A stretch of 25,129 nucleotides of DNA from Candidatus Altiarchaeota archaeon (lineage in GTDB: Archaea > Altiarchaeota > Altiarchaeia > IMC4 > SCGC-AAA252-I15): assembly GCA_018815265.1 (NCBI GenBank), contig JAHIYG010000277.1, forward strand, positions 1 through 25,129, in the 5' to 3' direction. Of this stretch, positions 1-7,463 are shown piece after piece. Every line of letters begins with the position of its first letter. Position 1 is the stretch's first letter. A program made the position numbers and the translations under genes. The notes under the pieces are model-generated. The model saw only the letters and a list, made by a program, of their open reading frames with translations. It ran no database searches and was not told the DNA's origin.

Positions 1-2
1 CT

Positions 3-401
3 GAAGCGCCCTTTGAAAACAACTACAACGGCTGCGAAGTCATTGGGGCCAACAACATCTCCCAGGATCCGCAGTACGGCAGCTACACACTTCAGGCCAG
101 CTCTCCCTGTATCAATGCGATACCCATTGGAAATCCGCCCAATGATCCGGTAACTGAAGACATAGATGGGACTGGCAGGCCCCAAGGTTCCGGGTTTGAT
201 ATGGGGTGCTACGAGTATGTTTATCAGACCCCCACCATCACATCCTTTATACCAACATCCGGCACCACAGGAACATCGGTCACCATTACCGGTACCAACT
301 TCACCGGGGCTACAGCCGTCGCGTTCGGGGGCACGGCAGCCTCCAGTTTCACGGTCAATTCTTCCACCCAGATCACTGCTACGGTCGGTTGTCAGATATA
401 G
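3..401 (+). CDS. Partial (5' end outside window) secreted/surface protein: choice-of-anchor Q-like segment followed by an IPT/TIG domain that appears C-terminally truncated
   Basis: Frame 3 is open from base 3: EAPFENNYNGCEVIGANNISQDPQYGSYTLQASSPCINA...EDIDGTGRPQGSGFDMGCYEY (DP..Y.L..SSPCI.A...DIDG..R....DxGxYE pattern), then PTITSFIPTSGTTGTSVTITGTNFTGATAVAFGGTAASSFTVNSSTQITATV (IPT/TIG). Stop TAG 399-401. The track ORF 201..401 is only the tail of this frame. Confidence 0.8.
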   Translation, partial: EAPFENNYNGCEVIGANNISQDPQYGSYTLQASSPCINAIPIGNPPNDPVTEDIDGTGRPQGSGFDMGCYEYVYQTPTITSFIPTSGTTGTSVTITGTNFTGATAVAFGGTAASSFTVNSSTQITATVGCQI

Positions 402-555
402 GCAATTTTCCACTCGTGCAGTCATGGTAAATGCGGTTGCATCATATGAGAGGAGTAAAATTAAAAGAGTCGCTTTCAAAACATGATATGCCATGGTCTG
501 CATGATAGAATTTAGTTAATCTTTAAGTAAATACCTAAATAATTCAGTATTTGAA

Positions 556-1599
556 ATGACTGATTCATGTGTATGTGCTGGGGTAGACATAGGCGGAGCT
601 AACCTTAAATGCTTTGTCTTTGAGCTCTACAAGGACGGCGGGTTCAAAAAACTATATTCAACTGTCCGGAGTTTTGAGCTTTCACTAGGTGATGCCTTAG
701 TGAAAATAAAAGAGGACGTGGGGGGAGTTGATGTTCTTGGCGTTACAAGCACAGCGGAATACAGCATGAGATACTTCAGGTCACTGGGTGATGGGATAAA
801 AAACTATGTTGATGACCTTATGCAGATGCATGTTCCCATCTACTGGATTACACTTGATGGGATATTTGTTAGAAACGAGCAGGCTCGCGATTACTATCGC
901 TTGGCTGCCGCCAACTGGGTTGCGTCATCTCTCTACATTGGGGAGAAAATCCCAAATTGCATACTGGTGGATGTAGGTAGCACAACAGCCGACGTAATAC
1001 CTATACTTGACGGTCGTCCTATCTCCATGGGGATTATGGATTTTGAAAGGCTCAGCTGCGGACAGCTGGTTTATACTGGTGTAATAAACACTCCGGTGGC
1101 TTCTATCTTAAGAGATATTAATGTCGGCGGAAAATCTGCGTGTGTGTCATCTGAGGTCTACTCAATATCGGCTGACGTGCATTTGATGCTGGGCAACATT
1201 AGCCAGAAAATATTTGAGGGTTATACCCACAATACTCCCCCAAGCGAATGCTATACCCGACTTGCCCACATGGTCTGCGCAGACGATGAACTTCTAAGGC
1301 GAGAGGACATTGCCTATATGGCGGAGCAAGTCTATGATAAGCAGGTAAGAGACATTGCAGAAGGCATAGAAGCGGTTTACAAATCTAATGCCGCCAGATT
1401 CGGCATATCAAGACCTCCTGTGGTAGTTGCTGGATTGGGTGCTGGTTTTCTCGCGGAAAAAGCAGCAAGAAAGGCTGGGTTTTCTGAAGTATTGCATGTC
1501 GGGAAAATGTTTGACGAGTGGTTTTCGATATCGTTGCCTGCTGCGTCTGTCGCATTACTTGCTGGCGAAAATTTTTTAGGTGTTTCAGATGAAGACTAG
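556..1599 (+). CDS. mfnF: MfnF-family protein (hydantoinase/oxoprolinase-like, H4MPT-linked C1 transfer Orf9 family), paralog 1
   Basis: Motifs GVDIGGANLK, TAE, AANWVAS, ILVDVGSTTADVIPI, DFERLSCGQLVYTGV..TP, SSE..SISADVHL.LG, RLAHMVCAD, VVAGLG match the MfnF/MJ0840 family; same cluster as mfnB and mfnE. Confidence 0.8.
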   Translation: MTDSCVCAGVDIGGANLKCFVFELYKDGGFKKLYSTVRSFELSLGDALVKIKEDVGGVDVLGVTSTAEYSMRYFRSLGDGIKNYVDDLMQMHVPIYWITLDGIFVRNEQARDYYRLAAANWVASSLYIGEKIPNCILVDVGSTTADVIPILDGRPISMGIMDFERLSCGQLVYTGVINTPVASILRDINVGGKSACVSSEVYSISADVHLMLGNISQKIFEGYTHNTPPSECYTRLAHMVCADDELLRREDIAYMAEQVYDKQVRDIAEGIEAVYKSNAARFGISRPPVVVAGLGAGFLAEKAARKAGFSEVLHVGKMFDEWFSISLPAASVALLAGENFLGVSDED

Positions 1600-2623
1600 G
1601 GTTTTGGGTTTGGACTTGGGTGGCCTGACAATAAAAGGGGTGGTTGTGGATGTGTTGTCTGACGGGAGCTACAAGTTTGTCTCTGAATTCAGCGAATTCT
1701 TCTACCCCCACAACCTTGAGGCCGTACTTTCTCAATATTCTGAAGATGCCGATGCTGTTGGCATTGCAAGCACAGCCGAATATGTATACCCTGATTATCC
1801 ACGGTTGTCTGACGGCATACGATTCTTTAGCGAAAAACTATCCAAAATCTTCAACAAAGATATCTTATGGATGAATCATAGCGGGTGCCTCACAGAAAAC
1901 AAGCATGTAATGCAGACGCCGTATGATGTAGCATCCACTAATTGGGTTGCTACATCCTATCTTCTAGGGGAGAAACTGAATGAATGCATTCTAGTAGATA
2001 TTGGCACAAGCTCAGCTGACGTGATACCAATCATTGGAGGATACCCTGCAGGTGATTGCAAATACGACTACCAGCGCCTCATAACCGGGGAACTGTTTTA
2101 TACTGGTGGGGTTTTCACGCAGATTTCAGCTATTGTGTCATGGCTTAATGTTGATGGGGTTAGGACTAGGGTATCATCAGAGTATTTTTGCAATTCAGGA
2201 GACATACATCTGATGCTTGGCAACATAGATGATAAAACACACAGTAAATACCTCCGCATGTTTATGGGGTTTTCAAATCCATGGGACTGCTATAACCGAT
2301 TAGCACACATGGTCTGCGCAGACGACAACATCCTTGACAGAGAGACGATGTTGGACATGGCTTCTCAAATTGAAAAAAAACAGATAGAAGACGTCGCTTC
2401 CTGCATTACCAAGGTATACACTAGGACAGAGGACATGTTTTCTGCGCATCCACCGATTGTTGTTGCCGGCTCGTCAAGCGCTTTCCTATGCGCCCCAGCA
2501 GCAAGGCATGCAGGATTTGAAAAAATAATAGGTTTTGGCAGCTTATTTGGGGGGATATCACATGCTGCTCCGGCATTGGCTGTTGGAGTGCTTTCCGGAA
2601 GAGAGATTTTAAATAGAGTGTAG
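1589..2623 (+). CDS. MfnF-family protein, paralog 2 (more divergent)
   Basis: LGLDLGGLTIK, STAE, STNWVATS, ILVDIGTSSADVIPI, DYQRLITGELFYTG, SSEYF, RLAHMVCAD; collinear with paralog 1. ATG at 1589 overlaps the upstream stop (track start 1580 is an alternative). Confidence 0.8.
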   Translation: MKTRVLGLDLGGLTIKGVVVDVLSDGSYKFVSEFSEFFYPHNLEAVLSQYSEDADAVGIASTAEYVYPDYPRLSDGIRFFSEKLSKIFNKDILWMNHSGCLTENKHVMQTPYDVASTNWVATSYLLGEKLNECILVDIGTSSADVIPIIGGYPAGDCKYDYQRLITGELFYTGGVFTQISAIVSWLNVDGVRTRVSSEYFCNSGDIHLMLGNIDDKTHSKYLRMFMGFSNPWDCYNRLAHMVCADDNILDRETMLDMASQIEKKQIEDVASCITKVYTRTEDMFSAHPPIVVAGSSSAFLCAPAARHAGFEKIIGFGSLFGGISHAAPALAVGVLSGREILNRV

Positions 2624-3289
2624 CTCCTTTTCACCTATCTTCCCAGAGTGTATTGCAGAACCTACCAAAACCCCTTCTGCATCTGCATCTTTGAGTTTTC
2701 GTATGTCCTTAACATCCCTTATCCCGCATCCGTATACGACCCCCCTACCAATTCTTTCGCTTATTTTCTTAACTAACTCCAGGTTCGGGCCTGCGTTGGT
2801 ACCCACTATATCCAAATCCAAGACTATTATGTCCTTGAATGATGTTTTCCTCAACCAATCAGTCAATTCACCGAGGCTGAACCCGCACGCACTAATCAGG
2901 CTCCCGCCTTTTGTGTCTATGCTGAAGACGTATTCCTCATGGTTGACTACGTGGCTTATGTTTGCAAGTGATTCGCTCGATATTATCGGCGAGAAATCCC
3001 ACACCATATACTCTGGAACCCGTTTCAATCCGATATCTGCCATAACCTTTAGGTTTGTATTGGATGCTATCTCATTTATTTTCTTAATGTTTGGTCTGAC
3101 CCCTGTTATCGCATCCAAGTCGGCGATGTATATCTCCTCGAAACCCCTCTCTTCATATGCTTTAGCCAACTTTAGTGGGTCACATCCGCTGCAGACCACT
3201 GTTTCCAATGGCATGTATTGGCTTCGGTCGCCTTTCTTGGCATGGACTGCAATGCCACCCATCACATCCAAAACAGGTATTATCCTCAT
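2609..3289 (-). CDS. HisA/HisF-related TIM-barrel protein of the methanofuran/C1 cluster type (Orf17/MJ0703-like), function unknown
   Basis: MRIIPVLDVMGGIAVHAKKGDRSQY, IYIADLDAI, IIVLDLDIVGTNAGPN, YGCGIRDVKD, GVLVGSAIH. ATGA overlap with the mfnB stop (3286-3289) and a GAGGAG SD-like sequence upstream. Confidence 0.85.
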   Translation of the reverse strand: MRIIPVLDVMGGIAVHAKKGDRSQYMPLETVVCSGCDPLKLAKAYEERGFEEIYIADLDAITGVRPNIKKINEIASNTNLKVMADIGLKRVPEYMVWDFSPIISSESLANISHVVNHEEYVFSIDTKGGSLISACGFSLGELTDWLRKTSFKDIIVLDLDIVGTNAGPNLELVKKISERIGRGVVYGCGIRDVKDIRKLKDADAEGVLVGSAIHSGKIGEKELHSI

Positions 3290-3996
3290 AGCTCCTCAAT
3301 TAGAGACTTTAAAGTCCTCACTTTCATCTCAGACAGGGTAGACATTCTGTCTGAGTCTTTGCATACTGCCCCCCGGACGCCGACGACATCTGGCTTTAAC
3401 TTTGAAACTGTCATTATGTCCGTAACATCCAGTGAACCAGCCAATCCCACACCTATTTTTTTCTTTTTAGCTTTTTTCACGAAATCACCAACTTCATCTA
3501 AGCTCATATAATCCAAGAGCGTCCTTCCGTCCTTGTTTTTTGTGTCTACCATGACATAGTCTGCTTTGGCTGATTTTGCAGTGTCAACCAAAATCAAGGG
3601 GTCTATCGAGCCCACCAGCCTCCAGTCGCCGTATCCTGCTATCACAACCTTTATTCTCCTGTCATAGTCTTTGACTGCAGAGACTATCGCGTCACACATT
3701 TTTATTGCGTCTTCTTTTTCTTCGGCTCCGAAAATTCCAGCCTTGACGTAGTCTACTCCTAAACTGGCTACCCCCACTGCTGCAAGTGATGCGGTGCCAG
3801 GCAGGTTCGGCAGGTCTCCGATGGTTGCGCTAACCTCTATCCCCTCTGGGACAGCACTCCTGATTTTTTTTATAATCCATGGAAAATTAGCGCCCAAAGA
3901 GCCCTCCAACGGGTTTTTGACATCTATTATGTCTGCGCCGCCGTTGGCTGCGATTTCAGCTTCCACTTCGTCTTTCGGACTAACCAACAGTTTCAT
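3286..3996 (-). CDS. mfnB: (5-formylfuran-3-yl)methyl phosphate synthase (4-HFC-P synthase, UPF0264/DUF556)
   Basis: MKLLVSPKDEVEAEIAANGGADIIDVKNPLEGSLGANFPW, VSATIGD, DYVKAG, MVDTKNKDG, GLAGSL, DVVGVRGAVC. ATG 3996 overlaps the mfnE stop (ATGA); track start is 4002. Confidence 0.92.
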   Translation of the reverse strand: MKLLVSPKDEVEAEIAANGGADIIDVKNPLEGSLGANFPWIIKKIRSAVPEGIEVSATIGDLPNLPGTASLAAVGVASLGVDYVKAGIFGAEEKEDAIKMCDAIVSAVKDYDRRIKVVIAGYGDWRLVGSIDPLILVDTAKSAKADYVMVDTKNKDGRTLLDYMSLDEVGDFVKKAKKKKIGVGLAGSLDVTDIMTVSKLKPDVVGVRGAVCKDSDRMSTLSEMKVRTLKSLIEEL

Positions 3997-4628
3997 ATGC
4001 AATCAACCACTGTCCCATAAACTACCCCTCCTCTCATGTAGTTTCTGAGTCTTTCAGGTTTTCTCCCATTTAGTATGATGCACCGGAGCTTATTACCTCT
4101 CAAGTATTTGTGGAGATTTCTGTCCACGCATGTCTCCCCAAGTGCTTTAAGCTCCTTGACACTTAATTGCTGTTGCAAAGTCTTTTTATGAAGTACGCCG
4201 TCTACATCCTTTAGGAGAATTAATTCCTTAGCATCTAACTTGCCTGCGGCATACGCTGCTACTGAGTCGGAGGTGTTGTCCCACGACGCATCCATGTCGC
4301 TTTTCAAAATATATCCTGCTGTCTGAAGCACTGGTATTTTGTTCCTGATTTTTTTAGCATCTTCTACATCCACGAGTTTGAATTTCTTGGACTGCCTAGC
4401 TAGCATCAAAGCCATCGCGTCCATGGCATGCAATGCCATCTCATGGGAAAGTTGCTCTCCTAAACTCAATCTTTTGTCAAGCTGCCTCACTGCATCAGCC
4501 AATTCTCCACCACCAACAACAATTGCGAAATCATGGTATACAGAAGCTTCAATCAAGGTATTCACTACCTTATCAAACACTTTCTTACTCTTTGTCAGAC
4601 TACCTCCGACCTTGACAACAAAAGCCAT
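3993..4628 (-). CDS. mfnE: [5-(aminomethyl)furan-3-yl]methyl phosphate kinase (amino-acid kinase family)
   Basis: VVKVGGSL, IVVGGGELADAVR, SHEMALHAMD, SWDNTSDSVAA, ILLKDVDGV; coupled to mfnB. Confidence 0.85.
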   Translation of the reverse strand: MAFVVKVGGSLTKSKKVFDKVVNTLIEASVYHDFAIVVGGGELADAVRQLDKRLSLGEQLSHEMALHAMDAMALMLARQSKKFKLVDVEDAKKIRNKIPVLQTAGYILKSDMDASWDNTSDSVAAYAAGKLDAKELILLKDVDGVLHKKTLQQQLSVKELKALGETCVDRNLHKYLRGNKLRCIILNGRKPERLRNYMRGGVVYGTVVDCI

Positions 4629-4742
4629 GTCTTTGCTAATCTTTTTTCCATATGACGAAATAAAATACCATTGGCCTAAGAATGATTAATATTTAGTCCA
4701 TGGACCTGTAGGATTAGTTCATTTTTATTGTTCTAAATGCGA

Positions 4743-4767
4743 AGCTTAGGCATCTTGCGTCTAAGCT
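4743..4767. other. Intergenic inverted repeat/hairpin
   Basis: AGCTTAGGC (4743-4751) pairs with GTCTAAGCT (4759-4767) with one G-T; 7-nt loop; between the divergent mfnE and UbiA-like genes. Confidence 0.45.
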
Positions 4768-4930
4768 ATTGTTTTCAACTGCTTATCCATATAGTCGATT
4801 TTGTTGCAGAAGAAGGCAGTCAGGGAATGCTATCTAAGGCCGTCAAGAACACGTTTGAGCTAAAAACATACCTTAAATTAAGGCTTTTATAAGAACTTTA
4901 GTAGTATTTTAGTAGTATATAAATTTTTTA

Positions 4931-5797
4931 TTGATTAATCTATTTAATCAAAAAATGCGCAAAAAAAATTCACTGGTTGTAGAGTTCACAAAAAGGTTTA
5001 TTAAATTCTATCGGGTTAATGAGTGGCTGCATATTCTAGGATTAAGTATGCTGGGGTATTTTTATTCTACAAAAAGCCCACACAACCTGTTTTCTATTTT
5101 GTTACTCATGTTGATTTCATCGTTGTATCTTGCTTTTGGATATTCATCCAACTGCATACTCGGCAAATTAGGGAAAAAAACATCTTTGAGTGATGTAGTC
5201 ATTTCTATACTGCCCTGTCTGGCCGGGCTTATTATATCCTATGTAGTCTCTTTCTATATTTTTATCTCCTTTTTGTCTGGGGCCATAATAGCAGTACTGT
5301 ACTCTGGGCCGATAGTAAATTTTAAAGGCACCCCCTACATAAGCCTTCTCAGTAATTCGTCACTTTTTGTATTTCTACTGCTGTTTGGGATTTTCATGGG
5401 TGGCGGATACTTAGGTACTGAAACAGTACTTTTTCTATTAGTTGTATTCATGCTAATCATTCCATTCCAGATTGTTCATGAGATAGAGCATAGAAATGAA
5501 GACAAGAAAGACGGCCTTAAAACTACAGTCAACTCATTAAGCCTAATCAATGCGCGACATATAATTTTTATGTCAATTTTACTTGTGTGTGGAATAGTAT
5601 TGTTCATGAAAATCAATTATGCCCCTCCTTTATTTTTTGCCGAAGTCACCATACTATTTTGTATTTCTCTGCTGTCGAATATCTACTCACTTAGTTACAA
5701 TACTAGAGTGGCTCTATCATGCCGGAAATTCATGAGATTGGCTGGTATAGTCTACGGTGCTGTGGTATTGCTTCTTTTTATTAGGAATGGAATTTAG
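4931..5797 (+). CDS. UbiA prenyltransferase-family membrane protein, degenerate first Asp-rich motif
   Basis: About 8-9 hydrophobic segments; N-terminal R...W, FGYSSN, and HEIEHRNEDKKDGLKTT resembling the second UbiA motif (D..D...D...G..T). TTG 4931 or ATG 4955 (TATATAAA at 4916-4923 favours the latter). Confidence 0.6.
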   Translation: MINLFNQKMRKKNSLVVEFTKRFIKFYRVNEWLHILGLSMLGYFYSTKSPHNLFSILLLMLISSLYLAFGYSSNCILGKLGKKTSLSDVVISILPCLAGLIISYVVSFYIFISFLSGAIIAVLYSGPIVNFKGTPYISLLSNSSLFVFLLLFGIFMGGGYLGTETVLFLLVVFMLIIPFQIVHEIEHRNEDKKDGLKTTVNSLSLINARHIIFMSILLVCGIVLFMKINYAPPLFFAEVTILFCISLLSNIYSLSYNTRVALSCRKFMRLAGIVYGAVVLLLFIRNGI

Positions 5798-5844
5798 TCT
5801 ATGTTTTTTTGAATTATTTTATTTCCTATGACTAATTACTAATT

Positions 5845-7266
5845 GTGAAAAAAAAGAGAGTCCGGCATTTGATAATACTGGCGCTGGTCCTCATTTTATC
5901 ATTTCACATATCGCAATTGTATAGTTCACTTAGCACTAACGACTTTATCTTCGGTCCTCCAGTTAGCATTTTCCTGAAAGACACCTACCCCATTTATCAA
6001 TTTAATAAAGACGACATAAAACACATGGATGAACTATACTGGATGCAGAAGACATACATCTACTATCTCTTTAAAGAACGCAATTTTTCATTAGATGCGT
6101 GGGATCACCCATACATCTACGATCAACCCCCGTTGGGCAGGTACATACTGGGTTTTGGTTTGGAACTGTTGGGGGGGGAAGTAGCGACTACTGAAGGAGG
6201 TCTTATGCTGTGGGAAAAGTCGTGTATGAGGCGACTTTGGGTTAACATCAACGAGAGAGATTATGATTCTTATGGGACTGATATCCGCGGTCTTTTGGAA
6301 TATGAGGATTACCTTAGAAAAGGAATCCGCAATTCTAAGATTTCACCTTTGGATTTGAATTACTTATTAAAGGCAAGGGAGATAGTATTTTTCTTTGGCT
6401 TACTAACAACTTTGTTGGTAATGCTGTTGTGTTATATTCTCTCCAGGGATACTATTGCATCCTTGGTTTCTGGGCTGCTTTTTTTGGACAACGATATATC
6501 AAAACTCGCTTTTACTGCAGTATTGACTGAAACCATATGTGCTTTCTTCATGCTGGCAATTCTTTTCACTGTTTTTTTCTATTTCAGACATAAGAGGCAA
6601 TTACGCGAAATTATTCCGCCCCTGCTCATTGGAATATCTATTGGATTTGGTATAAGTGTAAAATTCACTGTTTTCCACATGTTGGTGACGACTTTGCTTG
6701 TCTTCGGCATATATCTCTTCATAACCTTGAATAAGGGGACAGATACTCACAATAAACATCATAATAAGAAAATATTCATGACATTCATCTGTCACGTGTT
6801 TCTGATTTTTTCAACATCTATTGCAGTGTTCATACTACTTAATCCATTTCTCTACTCTGACCCCCTAGGGAATACAATGGCTATGATTGACCATAGGGTT
6901 AAGTACATGGAATTACAATGGCTGCACCAGCAGGTCCCGATTGATTCAACTTGGGATGGATTTTTGAATATGTACCGGCGCGGAATCCTAAGAGATGACA
7001 CATCTGGCCCGTTCAAAAATATCGGCACGCTTGACCTACTATACACTTTCTGTGTGCTAGTTGGTTTAAAAGAATTGCTTGTAGGCTCTCGCATTGAAAT
7101 AAAGCAAGGGTCTGTGGGGAAGGCAACAATCGCTTTTGTATGGGCGCTGTCGACGTTTCTAGTCTTTACCGTGGGCGTTCATATGGATTGGACGAGATAC
7201 TACCTATCAGTAATTATGGTTTCAGCAACCCTATTCGGCATTGGATTACACAAACTAATCCACTAA
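5845..7266 (+). CDS. GT-C fold glycosyltransferase (PMT/ArnT-like, GT39/GT83-type) membrane protein
   Basis: DHPYIYDQPPLGRYILG, AREIVFFFGLLT, LTETICAFF, GISIGFGISVKFT, WTRYYL; polytopic; GTG start. Confidence 0.75.
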   Translation: MKKKRVRHLIILALVLILSFHISQLYSSLSTNDFIFGPPVSIFLKDTYPIYQFNKDDIKHMDELYWMQKTYIYYLFKERNFSLDAWDHPYIYDQPPLGRYILGFGLELLGGEVATTEGGLMLWEKSCMRRLWVNINERDYDSYGTDIRGLLEYEDYLRKGIRNSKISPLDLNYLLKAREIVFFFGLLTTLLVMLLCYILSRDTIASLVSGLLFLDNDISKLAFTAVLTETICAFFMLAILFTVFFYFRHKRQLREIIPPLLIGISIGFGISVKFTVFHMLVTTLLVFGIYLFITLNKGTDTHNKHHNKKIFMTFICHVFLIFSTSIAVFILLNPFLYSDPLGNTMAMIDHRVKYMELQWLHQQVPIDSTWDGFLNMYRRGILRDDTSGPFKNIGTLDLLYTFCVLVGLKELLVGSRIEIKQGSVGKATIAFVWALSTFLVFTVGVHMDWTRYYLSVIMVSATLFGIGLHKLIH

Positions 7267-7293
7267 TGCTTTACATCCCACAATGATACACAT

Positions 7294-7348
7294 GGGCCCG
7301 CTGGGACTTCGCAAGACATTCGTCTTGCTTGCCCCAGTGGGTGCTAGT
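7294..7348. repeat. Structured repeat unit 2 of tRNA-anchored mini-array
   Basis: gggcccgctgggac-ttc-gcaagac attc gtcttgc-ttg-ccccag-tgggtgctagt; first 13 nt identical to the reverse complement of the tRNA-Arg 3' end. Confidence 0.8.
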
Positions 7349-7377
7349 AAGGAAGAGGTTAATAGATTGTAATGAAC

Positions 7378-7434
7378 GGGCCCGCTGGGACGTGCAAAAT
7401 CCATTAAGGATTTTGTGTCCCAGGGGGTACTGGT
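7378..7434. repeat. Structured repeat unit 1 of tRNA-anchored mini-array
   Basis: gggcccgctgggac-gt-gcaaaatcc attaa ggattttgt-g-tcccag-ggggtactggt; shares a 14-nt left edge with unit 2 and 13 of 16 nt at the right edge. Confidence 0.8.
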
Positions 7435-7463
7435 GACACCTTCTTGTTACAGTTGGTGTTAGG

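Noticed and set aside
166-486. Track ORFs 166..486 and 206..430 (+)
   Set aside because: Alternative frames over the choice-of-anchor/IPT gene; no recognisable protein features.
4629-7293. Genomic island integrated at tRNA-Arg (AT-rich UbiA-like and GT-C genes)
   Set aside because: No integrase, no distal copy of the tRNA 3' end found around 4629-4930, and low GC is expected for membrane-protein genes.
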